64,000 nt of DNA, taken from Mobula hypostoma (Eukaryota). A program made the translations under genes and the position numbers. The stretch spans positions 155,744,001 through 155,808,000 of the forward strand of contig NC_086098.1 in the NCBI RefSeq assembly GCF_963921235.1, read 5' to 3'. Of this stretch, positions 47,289 to 60,119 are shown one piece after another. The notes beneath the pieces are model-generated. The model did not search any database. It saw only the letters and a list, made by a program, of their open reading frames with translations, and was not told the DNA's origin. Each line of letters starts with the position of its first letter. The first letter of the stretch is position 1.

Positions 47289-49592
47289 GAAACATAGAAA
47301 CATAGAAAATAGGTGCAGGAGTAGGCTATTCGGCCCTTCGAGCCTGCACCGCCATTTATTATGATCATGGCTGATCATCCAACTCAGAACCCCGCCCCAG
47401 CCTTCCCTCCATACCCCCTGATCCCCGTAGCCACAAGGGCCATATCTAACTTCCTCTTAAATATAGCCAATGAACGGGCCTCAACTGTTTCCTGTGGCAG
47501 AGAATTCCACAGATTCACTCTCTGTGTGAAGAAATTTTTCCTAATCTCGGTCCTAAAAGGCTTCCCCTCTATCCTCAAACTGTGACCCCTTGTTCTGGAC
47601 TTCCCCAACATCGGGAACAATTTTCCTGCATCTAGTCTGACCAATCCCTTTAGGATTTTATACGTTTCAATCAGATCCCCCCTCAATCTTCTAAATTCCA
47701 ACGAGTACAAGCCCAGTTCATCCAGTCTTTCTTCATATGAAAGTCCTGCCATCCCAGGAATCAATTTGGTGAACCTTCATTGTACTCCCTCTGTGGCAAG
47801 GATGTCTTTCCTCAGATTAGGGGACCAAAACTGCACATAGTACTCCAGGTGTGGTCTCACCAAGGCCTTGTACAACTGCAGTAGTACCGCCCTGCTCCTG
47901 TACTCGAATCCTCTTGCTATAAATGCCAGCATACCATTCCCCTTTTTCACCGCCTGCTGTACCTGCATGCCCACTTTCAATGACTGGTGTATAATGACAC
48001 CCAGGTCTCGTTGCACCTCCCCTTTTCCTAATCGGCCACCATTCAGATAATAATCTGTTTTCCTATTTTTGCCACCAAAGTGGATAACTTCACATTTATC
48101 CACATTAAATTGCATCTGCCATGAATTTGCCCACGCACCCAACCTATCCAAGTCACTCTGCATCCTCTTAGCATCCTCCTCACAGCTAACACTGCCACCC
48201 AGCTTCGTGTAATCCGCAAATTTGGAGATGCTGCATTTAATTCCCTCATCCAAGTCATTAATAAATATTGTAAACAACTGGGGTCCCAGCACTGAGCCTT
48301 GCGGTACCCCACTAGTCACCGCCTGCCATTCTGAAATGGTCCCGTTTATTCCCACTCTTTGCTTCCTGTCTGCTAATCAATTCTCCATCCACATCAATAC
48401 CTTACCCCCAATACCGTGTGCTTTAAGTTTGCACACTAATCTCCTGTATGGGACCTTGTCAAAAGCCTTTTGAAAATCCAAATATACCACATCCACTGGT
48501 TCTCCCCTATCCACTCTACTGGTTACACCCTCAAAAAATTCTATGAGATTCGTCAGACATGATTTACCTTTCACAAATCCATGCTGACTTTGTCCGATGA
48601 TTTCACCGCTTTCCAAATGTGCTTTTATCACATCTTTGATAACTGACTCCAGCAGTTTCCCCACCACCGACGTTAGGCTAACCGGTCTATAATTCCCCAG
48701 TTTCTCTGTCCCTCCTTTTTCAAAAAGTGGGGTTACATTAGCCACCCTCCAATCCTCAGGAACCAGTCCAGAATCTAACGAGTTTTGAAAAATTATCACT
48801 AATGCATCCACTATTTCTTGGGCTACTTCCTTAAGCACTCTGGGATGCAGACTATCTGGCCCTGGGGATTTATCTGCATTTAATCCCTTCAATTTACCTA
48901 ACACCACTTCCCTACTAACAAGTATTTCGCTCAGTTCCTCCATCTCACTGGACCCTCTGTCCCCTACTATTTCTGGAAGATTATTTATGTCCTCCTTAGT
49001 GAAGACAGAACCAAACTAATTATTCAATTGGTCTGCCATGTCCTTGCTCCCCATAATCAATTCACCTGTTTCTGTCTGCAGGGGACCTACATTTGTCTTT
49101 ACCAGTCTTTTCCTTTTTACATATCTATAAAAGCTTTTACAGTCAGTTTTTATGTTCCCTGCCTGTTTTCTCTCATAATCTTTTTTCCCCTTCCTAATTA
49201 AGCCCTTTTTCCTCCTCTGCTGATCTCTGAATTTCTCCCAGTCCTCAGGTGAGCCACTTTCTCTGGCTAACTTGTATGCTTCTTCTTTGGAATTGATACT
49301 ATCCCTAATTTCTCTTGTCAGCCACGGGTGCACTACCTTCCCTGATTTATTCTTTTGCCAAACTGGGATGAACAATTGTTGTAGTTCATCCATGCAACCT
49401 TTAAATTCTTGCCATTGCATTTCCACCGTCAATCCTTTAAGTGTCATTTGCCAGTCTATCTTAGCTAATTCACGTCTCATACCTTCAAAGTTACCCCTCT
49501 TTAAGTTCAGAACCTTTGTTTCTGAATTAACTATGTCACTCTCCATCTTAATGAAGAATTCCAGCATATTATGGTCACTCTTACCCAAGGGG
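47289..49592 (-). mobile_element. 5'-truncated CR1, same subfamily as 28870-33167, in the J-C intron of cluster 2
   Basis: Near-identical to about 30870-33167; (catagaaa)n tail at 47289; probable TSD tata (47285-47288, 49593-49596). Confidence 0.95.
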
Positions 49593-49600
49593 TATATTTA

Positions 49601-49733
49601 GCAACACACATCAAAGTTGCTGGTGAACGCAGCAGGCCATGCAGCATCTCTAGGAAGAGGTATAGTCAACGTTTCAGGCCGAGACCCTTCGTCGGGTTGC
49701 TTGAATTCCCAGCATCTGCAGAATTCCTGTTGT
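49601..49733. mobile_element. Penelope terminal mini-insertion with inversion; mutated hammerhead
   Basis: Inverted 3' end (49601-49693) followed by the plus-strand extreme terminus. TSD about attagtatattt, whose left copy is split by the CR1. Confidence 0.8.
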
Positions 49734-51468
49734 ATTAGTATATTTTATGCATCTAAGCCATCGGAATACAGAGTTTGTTTTGCGGCAACATTACATTTAC
49801 AGACTGCTTGTGTTTAAAATCACTTTAGGAAAGTTTAACATTAATGTTGAAACTTACACGCTTTGTTTCCGTAATGTTATTTTTTCCCACTTGAAGTAAA
49901 TAATTCCAATCTGGTTTGTGGAGTGCAGCGGATTTTCCACCTTGCACTCACCGCTGAGAAAACCAGCTTTTTACGATGTTCACGGTGGAGGTAGCAAAAA
50001 AAGAGAATAGCCCCCTATTCGGCTGATATGGTTCAGAACTACGGCTCACCACGGTTCACTTTTGTATTTTTAAGTTATTTATCGTGTTAAAGTTGAAAGA
50101 CTCGCTGTTCCGTGATTCTACTTTTGGTGCAATGAATAATGTAATGATGGCATCGCTAACTCACCGCCCGTTACGCCTGCATCGTTTAGGACAACAATGA
50201 AAGTCCTCAATCTGCCTGTATAAACCGTCGCACACAGATATAGAAGGATTCTTCATTGCTGTTTCCATAATAAACTTTGACCAGTCAGGATTGAGAGCTC
50301 TGAACGGAACTCCCGATTTTGGATGCATGATGGACTACTCTTAGTCTGCCCCCTACCCTTGTTGGGCATGGTTGACCCGACCAAGAGCCAAAGCCTGAAT
50401 CTAGCAATATAGTTCTGCGGGTCATTGAGTCTCCAATTCCTACGTTAAGGTTATTGGAGGTTTATTTCCACACGGTGACCCAAATGCATCACGATTTTAA
50501 ACTACAAAATAATTTCAATATTAAAATTGGTAGAAAAGACTGTCTGCTATGTTTGGACACATTGACATTTCAAAGTGAACGAGAAATAATACCAACAGTT
50601 GAAAACATAAAATACTAAAAGGCGTCTGCTAATAAAGATTGAGAATTTCCATTGTAAGATCTACGTGCTTCTCCTCGAAGCCCGTTATGGTCTTAAATGG
50701 GGCGAGTGTTTCAGAATTTATTCAAGTTCAAATTGAATTCTATACAGCAAAACACTCGAGGAATATTCCCTTGGTGGTTTAATACAAATATTTAACCGTT
50801 CAAACTGGCGTTAAAAGCTTTTAAATATAAAATTGGACAAGGATTAACCTAGCAGTTAATCTTCTCAGTGACATCTAAAAACTCTCCCTAGAATCGATGG
50901 ACGAGTTAAATCCGCTGTTGTCTGCATTCTGTTTCTCCGGACGCTTAAAGAATTCCATTCACTGCTGTGTATATTATCACCAATGTGTCAGGTGGAAAAT
51001 ATAGTAATAGTTCTGTTGTTTTTAGGAAAATGTAAGGAGACACAAAGATAACTCCCGCAGGGTGTAGAACCCTTTGCAAACAGGATTCAAATTTTGTTTG
51101 TCTTTTTCATTTACGCCTTCCTTCGCTACACCAAGGACCACATCAGGGAAAACATCATCAAATCATGAATTGTTACAGAAGTTTCAATCCTGTGCTCGTC
51201 TTTAATAAAGGTTCTCTACATAATTGGTTCAAACGTTTACTGCGCCAGACAATAACTAGATACTGTTGAGTTTTTGGAAATAGTATAAGTTATTGCAGTG
51301 GAACCAATCTCTTCGGTCATCTTTCTTTCTTCATCTCTGCACGTTTATGATTTTAAGGAACCCTCCAGAGTCCAGTGATCAATGGCTAGCAGATATCTTA
51401 TGGTTCTGACGGGCATCAACACAAAGTGGTGTCATCAGCACAGGTGTATCCACTGATAAAATCATAGA

Positions 51469-51719
51469 AAGGAAAGGTACGTCGCACCCGGGGTTTCTCC
51501 AGTTAGCGGACGATTTCCCTCCACGCCTCTCTGACGTAACGGGGAACCAATAAGAGGAAAGTTACAGCAGTGGTTTGCCTTCTGCCGGGTGAGTTTCCAA
51601 AGAAATCACCAGTTCGTAACCCAGCACAGTTGGAAAGCGTGTAGGGGAGCCGGCTGGATTCGAACTCGGGACCTTTAGTCCCGAAGTCCAATGTTGATGC
51701 CACTACGCCACTAGCAGGG
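51469..51719 (-). mobile_element. tRNA-derived SINE in the J-C intron of cluster 2 only
   Basis: A box TGGCGTAGTGG and B box GAGTTCGAATCC. TSD tcataga (51462-51468, 51720-51726). Confidence 0.85.
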
Positions 51720-52035
51720 TCATAGATGCAATCTAAATTCGGGAATTCAGGATAATACTCATTTACGAAAGACCAGAATATTCCTAACCTGGTTTGGAAA
51801 ATATTAGTTCATCTTGTACTAAACCAACATACATTTTAAAAAGAAATATCGGAACGTTTGGCGCTTCGGGCGCGTGAGCTCTAATAAATTGCCAAAGGAC
51901 CGTTAATCGTGGTTGGATATCTGAAAAATGCCGCCTTTAAAAACATTTGTTTCGATGCAACTATTAGATGACAACAGAAATATTTTTCACTTAAGTACCA
52001 GAAAGGCAAGCGCATTGAATTGATATTTTACTTAC

Positions 52036-52368
52036 TGCCAATTTCCACCCTCGTTCCTTTGCGGAAGATGTAAGCATTTTTCCACACAGCACAGTAATAG
52101 TTTGCCGCATCCTCCGACTGGACGCTCGATATTGTCAATGTTGCCGTGTTGCCGCCGAAACGGTTCGGAACTCCGGAGCCTCTGTTCATTCTGCTCCCCG
52201 AATAATGGTAGAACAGATACCGAGGAACTTTTCTGGGAATCTGCTGGTACCAGTAAATATTGCTACTCCTTAAAGAGGTTCCAGACAAGGTGCAGGGCAC
52301 TTGAACTTTAAGCCCCAGAGTCGTGGATTTCGAAGGTGGCTGATTCAGTGCAACTTCCGCGTTGATAT
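52036..52368 (-). pseudogene. IGLV: Germline-joined VJ exon of cluster 2 (open frame but structurally damaged)
   Basis: In frame with intact splice sites. 12-nt FR3 deletion (SVSG) near 52150 and J motif FGKG changed to FRKG (52061-52063). The linked C exon is frameshifted. Confidence 0.9.
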
Positions 52369-52491
52369 CTAGAAAAGTTCAGTGGGAAGAAACAATGTAC
52401 CGAGATTAATATTCGAGTAACAGCAGAAGTGCGAGAATAATATCATTCAAGGTATTCGAGATTCAAAATAATGTCCAAAGAAAATACTCAC

Positions 52492-52540
52492 AAATCGCAG
52501 TGAACCCCAGCGTACTGACCAGACGAACCCAGCAAGACAT
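52492..52540 (-). pseudogene. Leader exon of IgL cluster 2
   Basis: MSCWVRLVSTLGFTAI followed by GTGAGT donor. Confidence 0.88.
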
Positions 52541-52649
52541 TGTAATTAACTTTGTGAAACTCACACAATGTGCTACGGTTAAGTGGCGTCTGAACCTTTT
52601 CGCTCGCTTATAAATTAAGTGACGAGCTGGTACTGCGTGTTCCCTATTT

Positions 52650-52657
52650 ATGTAAAT
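52650..52657 (-). promoter_or_regulatory. Mutated promoter octamer (ATTTACAT)
   Basis: Same offset from the ATG as the perfect octamer in cluster 1. Confidence 0.8.
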
Positions 52658-53905
52658 CAGATAAAGCAGAGTGGCACATTAACACCAGTCAGAAATTGCC
52701 AACTTTTTCGAGTGTCAAATTATTTTCAAGTTGTTAGTCAGATAAATATTTGGTTCCGCGTTGTGTATTTTGCCATTGTATTGTAGATAAAGAACTTGTC
52801 CTTTTGCTCCTTCAATTGCACAGTATTTTTCAAATTCGCGAAGATCCTCAGCTCCCACCATTATCAAAGATGGTGTATCTGAGATCTTTGAAAGCAAAAG
52901 ATGAAAAAATAATTTCTTGTAGTTATTGACGGATACATTCCGAACATCTTGTCTGTGTAATCTTAGAAAACTTGTTGCCAAAGGGATGTAACCGGTTTGC
53001 AATAATGTTTTCCAGCAACACTCTAATCACTCACTTTACTGAAGTTATTCAGCAAGGAATTTTGAGAAATATATTGAATCGACCAGACAGCTTATTCCGT
53101 GTTGTGAGTAATTAAAAGTGAATCAAATGATTCAGCTGCTGCCGAGGCTGGTTCACTATAAATTCTACCAACCTTAGGCCAATATGGGGAATTATCTTTA
53201 CATATAACCACAGGAGGTTTGAGGCGCTCCTTCCCACCGCTCGCCTGCGGTCACCCTTAGAAAATGCGTCGCTCCTGCTTAGTCGCACGATCAGTGTCAC
53301 ATGAAGCCATGCGAGTTCGTGGTGGATGGCGGATGAGCAACTGGTGCATATCTCAAGTTCTGCTTATGCGACCACTGATGCCAGGCAGACAATTTCTGGA
53401 GGGTATTGATAATGGCTGTGTTCACGCAACTTGTAAAGACACTACCCGCTAGAAGGCAATGGCAAACCACCTCTGTAGAAAAAAATGCGAAAAACAATAA
53501 TGTCATGGATAATACCATGATCGCCCACGCCATACAATATTGCAAATAATGCTGTTGATCTGTTTAGGTGAATTAGGTAGGCATTCTGTAAGTAAAACTT
53601 TATTTTTGTTAGTCTCGCTGTTCAAGCCAAGTACTGAACAGCGAAATAATTCAGGGATCTTAATAATAGTCGAACTATCGTACACACCCATCTTAAAAAT
53701 ATGTAAGTTTGGGACGTGAGGAGCTGTTAACAGAACAAGGAATTTTAGATCAAATATTTAAGCCACGGGTTTTGTTGTGCTATTCCAGGGCTTTCCTTTA
53801 TTTCCCAAAAATTTTCAGAACAAACTCTGTAGATTACTGTCATTTCCGGGGGCATAAAAAGAGAGGACGCTTGACTCAATGAAATTGAAAAGGGCAGTTA
53901 GAATA

Positions 53906-54578
53906 CAGTGGTGCTAGAAAGTTTGTGAACACTGTTGAATTTTCTCTATTTCTGCCTAAATATGACCTAAAATGTGATCAGATCTTCACGTAAGTCCTAA
54001 AGCTATATACAGAGAACGCAATTAAATAAATAACACAAAACATTATACTTGTTCATTTATTTATTGAAGAATGATCCAATATTTCATGTATTTGTTGGAA
54101 AAAAAAAGCATGTGAACCTTTGCTTTCAGTAACTGGTGTGACCCTGTTGTACAGCAATAACTTCAACCAAGCGTTTCCGGTAACTGTTGATCAGTCCTGC
54201 GCATCAGCTTGGAGAAATTTTAGGGCATTCCTCGTTACAAAACTGCTTCAAGTCTGGGATGTTGGTGGGCTTCTTTGCACGAACTGCTTGCTTCAGGCCC
54301 TTCCACAACAATTGTATAGGATTAAGGTCAAGACTTTGACTCGGCCATTCCAAAACCTATTTATTCTGCTTTAACCATTCTTTGGTAGACTGACTTGTCT
54401 GTTTAGGGCTGCTGTTTTGCTGCGTGATCCACTTTCTATTGAGCTTCAGTTCACGGACAGATACCCGGACATTGTCCTGTAGACGTTGCCGGTACATTTC
54501 CAAATTCATAGTTTTAACAATGCTGGAAAGCCGTCCTGGTCCCGAGGCAACAAAGGAGGCTCAAACTATAATAAGCCT
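53906..54578 (-). mobile_element. Tc1/mariner DNA transposon relic (one end plus transposase C-terminus)
   Basis: Begins TA|CAGTG; minus frame EWPSQSLDLNPIQLLW at about 54303-54351. Absent in paralogs. Confidence 0.85.
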
Positions 54579-56102
54579 GCAAGAATATTATATGATTTGC
54601 ACTAAACTAATTTAGCAATCATCATGCAGTAATCTTGAAAGGGCAAATGACTGGATTTGGACTATTATTTGGAGGCATTAACTGCTGCAGAGGGTTACAT
54701 GGTTAGCATCCTCCCTCTGCTTTATAGAATCACAATATGTTTCTAAAAGTAATCGATGCCGCAGGTTTCAAGTTATTTTCCCGACGTCTGTTTCGGACCT
54801 CGGAGTATTTTTACAGAGCTGTGTGGTAGGATATTTAGTTTGTATTTAATTCTTGAGGTACCTGTCTGTGAATGTTTCATGCAAAACAGAAGAAGATAGT
54901 GCACGGATTTGTTACAGAGTAAAGCTCTTTTTCTTTTTCCCAGTATTATCTCTCCGAGTTTGCAATAGTAAAATTCATTCCTGCACGTTTTCCTTTAAAT
55001 ACACCAACGATGCGAGTATGATGAGTTAAACAGGTTGATTTCACTAACAATATCGCGATAAACACTGGCGGGGCCAGGACAGCGCGAGGTAGATAGAAAG
55101 AAAAACTGCTACATTACCCGTCAGTGAGTAGCAATTGTCAATAGATGATGAGAATTCTGTAGTCGCACCGTGACCTGAAACTGAATATAGAATTTACTTT
55201 AGGTGCTCCAGAGTTTCTTTTCCAGCATCAAAGTCGATTTCCTTTTTGGAAATGAGCTTGGCAAGTAACTGAAGGAGCGTCTTGGGACTAGTCACCATAA
55301 TTCCGTTAGCTTTTAGAAGAAATTTGATCAAGAGATTTTAGTAGTTGATCAGTTAAAGGCCTAAATTGGAAACACAACTTTTGATGGGATTAGATCGAAC
55401 TCTCAAAGATCAATTCAGAGAAGCTGTCAGCAATCATTGTGACGTTTGGCAAATCGGAAGCTTTTGAAAATCAGATGCAGAAAATTCAGGGCAAATATAT
55501 TCCTGTCAGCGTGAACGGCGAAATAGGTAGGATTAAGGAGTGCAGGCTAATGGAGCTGATTAAGCAAACGCTGTTAGGAAAATAACGACAGCTAAAGCCA
55601 GTTAATGAAGAAATCAAGGAGGGAAATAGGGTCATAAGATAACCTTGGCAGATAAGTTGATCCTAAGCGATTCCTTGAATATATAAGGAACAGAGAGGCA
55701 GCTGGGAAGGGAGAAGGGCCACTGAGGAATTAAATTGATCGTTGAAGTGTTGATCCTTAGGAGACAAACGAGAATTTAAATGAATACTTCTACTCTACTT
55801 CAAGTGGAAGAGTCTTGAAAGCTAGCAAAATCAAGGACGAGCACAGTGATGCCTTGAAAGATGATATTACACAAAATGGACAGTTAGTGTTTCTGAGGAG
55901 CATTACGGTGAATAAATCCTGGGATCTTATTATCTACTTCTAAAAACGTGTAGCAAGCTTGGTAACAGTTTGCTAGGACCTTTGCAGAGATTTTGGTATC
56001 ATTGTGGTTTCGAAAACCCGAAGGTTGGCTGATGTTGCATCTTTATTTAAGAAAATCCTCAAGGATAAGCTAGGGAACTACAGGTGATTCTGTCAGACAG
56101 GA

Positions 56103-56830
56103 TCCACATGCATATGGATAGGCAAGGAATGATCAGGAACACTGCAATGTCGTATCCACATGCATATAGATAGGCAAGGAATGATCAGGAACACTGCAAT
56201 GTCGTATCCACATGCATATGGATAGGCAAGGAATGATCAGGAACACTGCGATGTCGTATCCACATGCATATGGATAGGCAAGGAATGATCAGGAACACTG
56301 CGATGTCGTATCCACATGCATATGGATAGGCAAGGAATGATCAGGAACACTGCGATGTCGTATCCACATGCATATGGATAGGCAAGGAATGATCAGGAAC
56401 ACTGCGATGTCGTATCCACATGCATATGGATAGGCAAGGAATGATCAGGAACACTGCGATGTCGTATCCACATGCATATAGATAGGCAAGGAATGATCAG
56501 GAACACTGCGATGTCGTATCCACATGCATATGGATAGGCAAGGAATGATCAGGAACACTGCGATGTCGTATCCACATGCATATGGATAGGCAAGGAATGA
56601 TCAGGAACACTGCGATGTCGTATCCACATGCATATGGATAGGCAAGGAATGATCAGGAACACTGCGATGTCGTATCCACATGCATATGGATAGGCAAGGA
56701 ATGATCAGGAACACTGCAATGTCGTATCCACATGCATATGGATAGGCAAGGAATGATCAGGAACACTGCAATGTCGTATCTACATGCATATGGATAGGCA
56801 AGGAATGATCAGGAACACTGCAATGTCGTT
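56103..56830 (+). repeat. Minisatellite, 14 x 52 bp
   Basis: Unit tccacatgcatatggataggcaaggaatgatcaggaacactgc(g/a)atgtcgta, head to tail with no spacers. Confidence 0.97.
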
Positions 56831-57448
56831 CTAGAGGTTCATTGAATAGTAACGGGAATATATAGGATGAATGGTCAAAGTCTATTTCTCTTTGTCGCGG
56901 TGCCTGAAACTCGAAGGCATGGGCTTACGGCGAAAGGGGAAAATGAAAGGGTAAGTTTCTAGGTAAGTTTTTATGACAAAAGTAGTGAGTAGGTGGTACA
57001 TCTGCCAAAGGATGCGGTAGGTGCTGCAACAATGACGAATTTTAAAAGCCGTTTGGAGATGCGCAAGGATAGGATATGTTTAAAGAGATACTGGCAAATG
57101 CAGGGGAATGGGTCCAGCTCAAGAAGACCCCTTATTCAGTATGGCTCAGTAATTACAATGTAGCTAAGTAATTGTTTTGTGATTGTTTTGACTTATAAAC
57201 ATTGTCTAGAACAATAATCTCTCCTATCAAAAGTCGTATACCGTCACCACACCTATCTAATGCCGATGGTTTAACGCGCATTCGGCACCGCTATACAATC
57301 TCAGTCCACGTGTTTCATACGTCTTCGTTGTTGGACTTCAACCCGCAACTTGCCATCTGAGAGGCCGCACTTCAAGCCACTAAGTATTAGATGATTCACA
57401 CATGTTTCGCTATCTTTCTTTAATGTGGACATTTATTTTTCATTCTAG

Positions 57449-57759
57449 GTGGAAAATTGTCCACCCCCTCGGTTACCCTTCTTTCAGCCACGTTCAAACA
57501 AATCACTGAATGACTGATGGCGATTCTGGTGTGTCTCGTCAATTATCTTTGCCCTGATTCGGTGGAGGCTTCATGGAAAATGAACAACAATAACGTGAAG
57601 GCTGGTGTTCTGACACCACGAACCGTCCGCGATAGCTACCACCTCAGCAGTTACCTCGCCCTGACCACCTCCGGTTGGAATTCACACGAAAAGTACACTT
57701 GTGGGGTGAAACTCGAGTCTCTGTGGAAGCGAAGCATCCAGAGATCAGGCTGCATGTAA
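57449..57759 (+). pseudogene. Orphan Ig light-chain C pseudo-exon 3 (single nonsense codon)
   Basis: Acceptor ttctAG precedes GKLSTPSVTLL..QITE*LMAILVCLV..SW..SSYLALTTSGWNSHEKYTCGV..KRSIQRSGCM*. TGA at 57511; both domain Cys, the Trp and the terminal Cys are retained. Confidence 0.9.
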
Positions 57760-59426
57760 GGGGGAGCCGGCCGGCTGGGTTCGGGCTGTTATTTACGGTC
57801 GGTCACAGCAACGTTCCACGATTGTTTCCCTTCTGTTTGTAAGTGGCTTTTTCACAATCGAACTTTAAATATATTTACATTATGGCAAAAAACACTTTTA
57901 TTCTTTTGGCAACGTATATTTTGTGTGTTAAGGGTGGAATATAACCAGAAGGGGGACAGTTGATAACGTGACTCTGGTTGTATCGGTTATTAACCGTAAA
58001 ACAGGGAGGAGGAATAAGGCATTCTATCCCTTTAACATGTTCAGACATTCATCAAGTTCTGGTTGATATTCGACCTGCTTTCTGTCTTAATATTTAGAAA
58101 TCCGTCGGTTTTAGCATTGAATGAATTTAATGACTCCAACGGGCGGAGATTTCCACCATCGAGTACCCATTAAGTGCATAAGTGAGCCGCCATCTATGGG
58201 GAAAAACGCCGAATTCTTCTCACTTCAGACCCAAGTAGCGACCGCTCAAGGAGACTGGAGCCATGATTGTGGACTCCTCATCTAGGAAAGTATCTTCTCT
58301 TCACGTTAAGTCCTGGTGGGATTTAAATTTTCATCGAGATATCCCCTCATTCTCGGAAGTTCTGGAGTAAACAGTGTCCGACTACGTAATTTTTTTTCTC
58401 AGCTGGCGAATTCAGGACTGGTCTGTTGAATACTTCTTGAAATCCTTCCATCTTTTTCAACAGCCGTAGCAAAAGCAGAGAACGACGTCATCATCTCTAC
58501 ACACAAATTTTCTCATGACAAGTAACGTTTATCTTTCTCGTGGTCTGTTCTTTGGCATCTCAGCTTTCAAGAAGCCGACGCCTAGTTTGCTTTAAGCAAG
58601 AACATTACCGAATCTCCCACATAAAATTCTAAAATATATTGAAATTGGATCATGTTTTTAAACAATTAAACTAACGTTTTAATTAAAATTAGTTCCTGAA
58701 ACAGGTAAACATACAAATAGTTAAAATAATAAGTTAAAATAAACCACATTTAAACATTTTATCCTTCCGTTTATACAACTCATCTTTTCCATACTCCTCA
58801 CTAACAATGGTGTCTCCAGTGTTTTGTAAGGGTGAACCTGGCCCAAGATACAAGGCAGATTGAACAGTGTAATGCTGGCTGATGTCCTTTTGGTTCTGCT
58901 ATAGGTTCGTGCAGCGCAGTATTTGGTACTCCAACGAAAACTGACCAGCATGCAGATCGTTTTCAATAAATTGTTCTCAAAGCTTGAAATTGCGTAATAT
59001 ACAAATTGCATGTCATCAAAAAGATTTAATCAAGATAAGAAATGCTGAACAAGTCAGACATCTTTCCGTATAACTGCTATCATTTTAATTCAATGCCCTT
59101 TCATCAGAAAGTGCAAATAGTTTAAGTACAGGGAATAGGGAAGGTAGAGAGAACAGAATAAATGTCAAAATACATGCTCGGAGCTGTAAATGTGCAGCTA
59201 AGCATAATCACAAAATTTTGGGAACACTCATCAAGGCAGGGAGCCTATGTGGAAGAGGGGGCATTACTGACAATTTAATTCATCAGAATACTGTGATAGC
59301 AGGTGTGGGATCTGAAATGTAAACTCTGCTTCTTCCACAGGTGCTGCTTGAGCAGCTGTGTCTCCAGGATGCTCCGTTTTGCTTTAGATTTCTAGCACCT
59401 GACTTTTATTTTGATTGCCGTACGAC

Positions 59427-60020
59427 CATGATATCAAATATCTTGGCAGCCTAATTACAAGTAATGGCAGGTGCGACACAGATATCAAATACAGAATAGC
59501 AATGGCAAAAGAAGCTTGCCAAAAAATGAAGACCATATTAATAGACAGAAAGATGAGCACATACACTAAAAACAGAATACTGCAGTGCTACATTTATTCT
59601 ATCCTGACTTATGGAGGTGAATGCTGGACCATTTCCCCAGCAATGGAAAAGAGACTAGAAGCAGCTGAATTATGGTTCTACAGGAGAATGTTAAGATTAT
59701 CATGGACCACACACACATCAAATGAAGAAGTTCTCAGAAGAGCCCAAGCAGTTCAATCACTCATACCAACAATTAGAGAAAGACAACTCAGATTCCTAGG
59801 ACACATCATGCCGAAAGATGAACTAGAAAAACTCATACTCTCTGGAAAGATTGAGAGTAGCAAACCTAGAGGAAGACCTCGGCTTATGTACATCAAAAGC
59901 ATAGCCAGGTGGCTACAAGTCGACGAAATGGAAGTCACCCAAAAAACGAAGGATAGATCTATATGGAAAACCACGGTCACCAAAGTCCGCATCGGATGTG
60001 GTACCTAAACAGACGGACAG
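59427..60020 (+). mobile_element. 5'-truncated RTE-clade LINE 3' end
   Basis: IKYLGS..YGGECW..RRML..RQLRFLGH..RGRP; short (acag/acgg) tail; TSD acgac (59422-59426, 60021-60025). Confidence 0.88.
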
Positions 60021-60119
60021 ACGACTATGACGTGTGAAGCTAGAGAAGGCCAACGTAACATTACATGTATGCAAAATAACAAAAATGAAGCCATCTTTTC
60101 AAAATAATACAATGCTGAC

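Noticed and set aside
55842-55879. RSS-like CACAGTG-22-ACAAAATGG (weaker paralog near 15284)
   Set aside because: It lies inside a decayed CR1 ORF2 (KDEHSDAL..ITQ), has no adjacent V or J coding end, matches only 6/9 of the nonamer and is not conserved in the paralog near 24466.
56103-56830. CRISPR-like array
   Set aside because: Units are head to tail with no unique spacers, the context is eukaryotic and there are no cas genes; it is a minisatellite.
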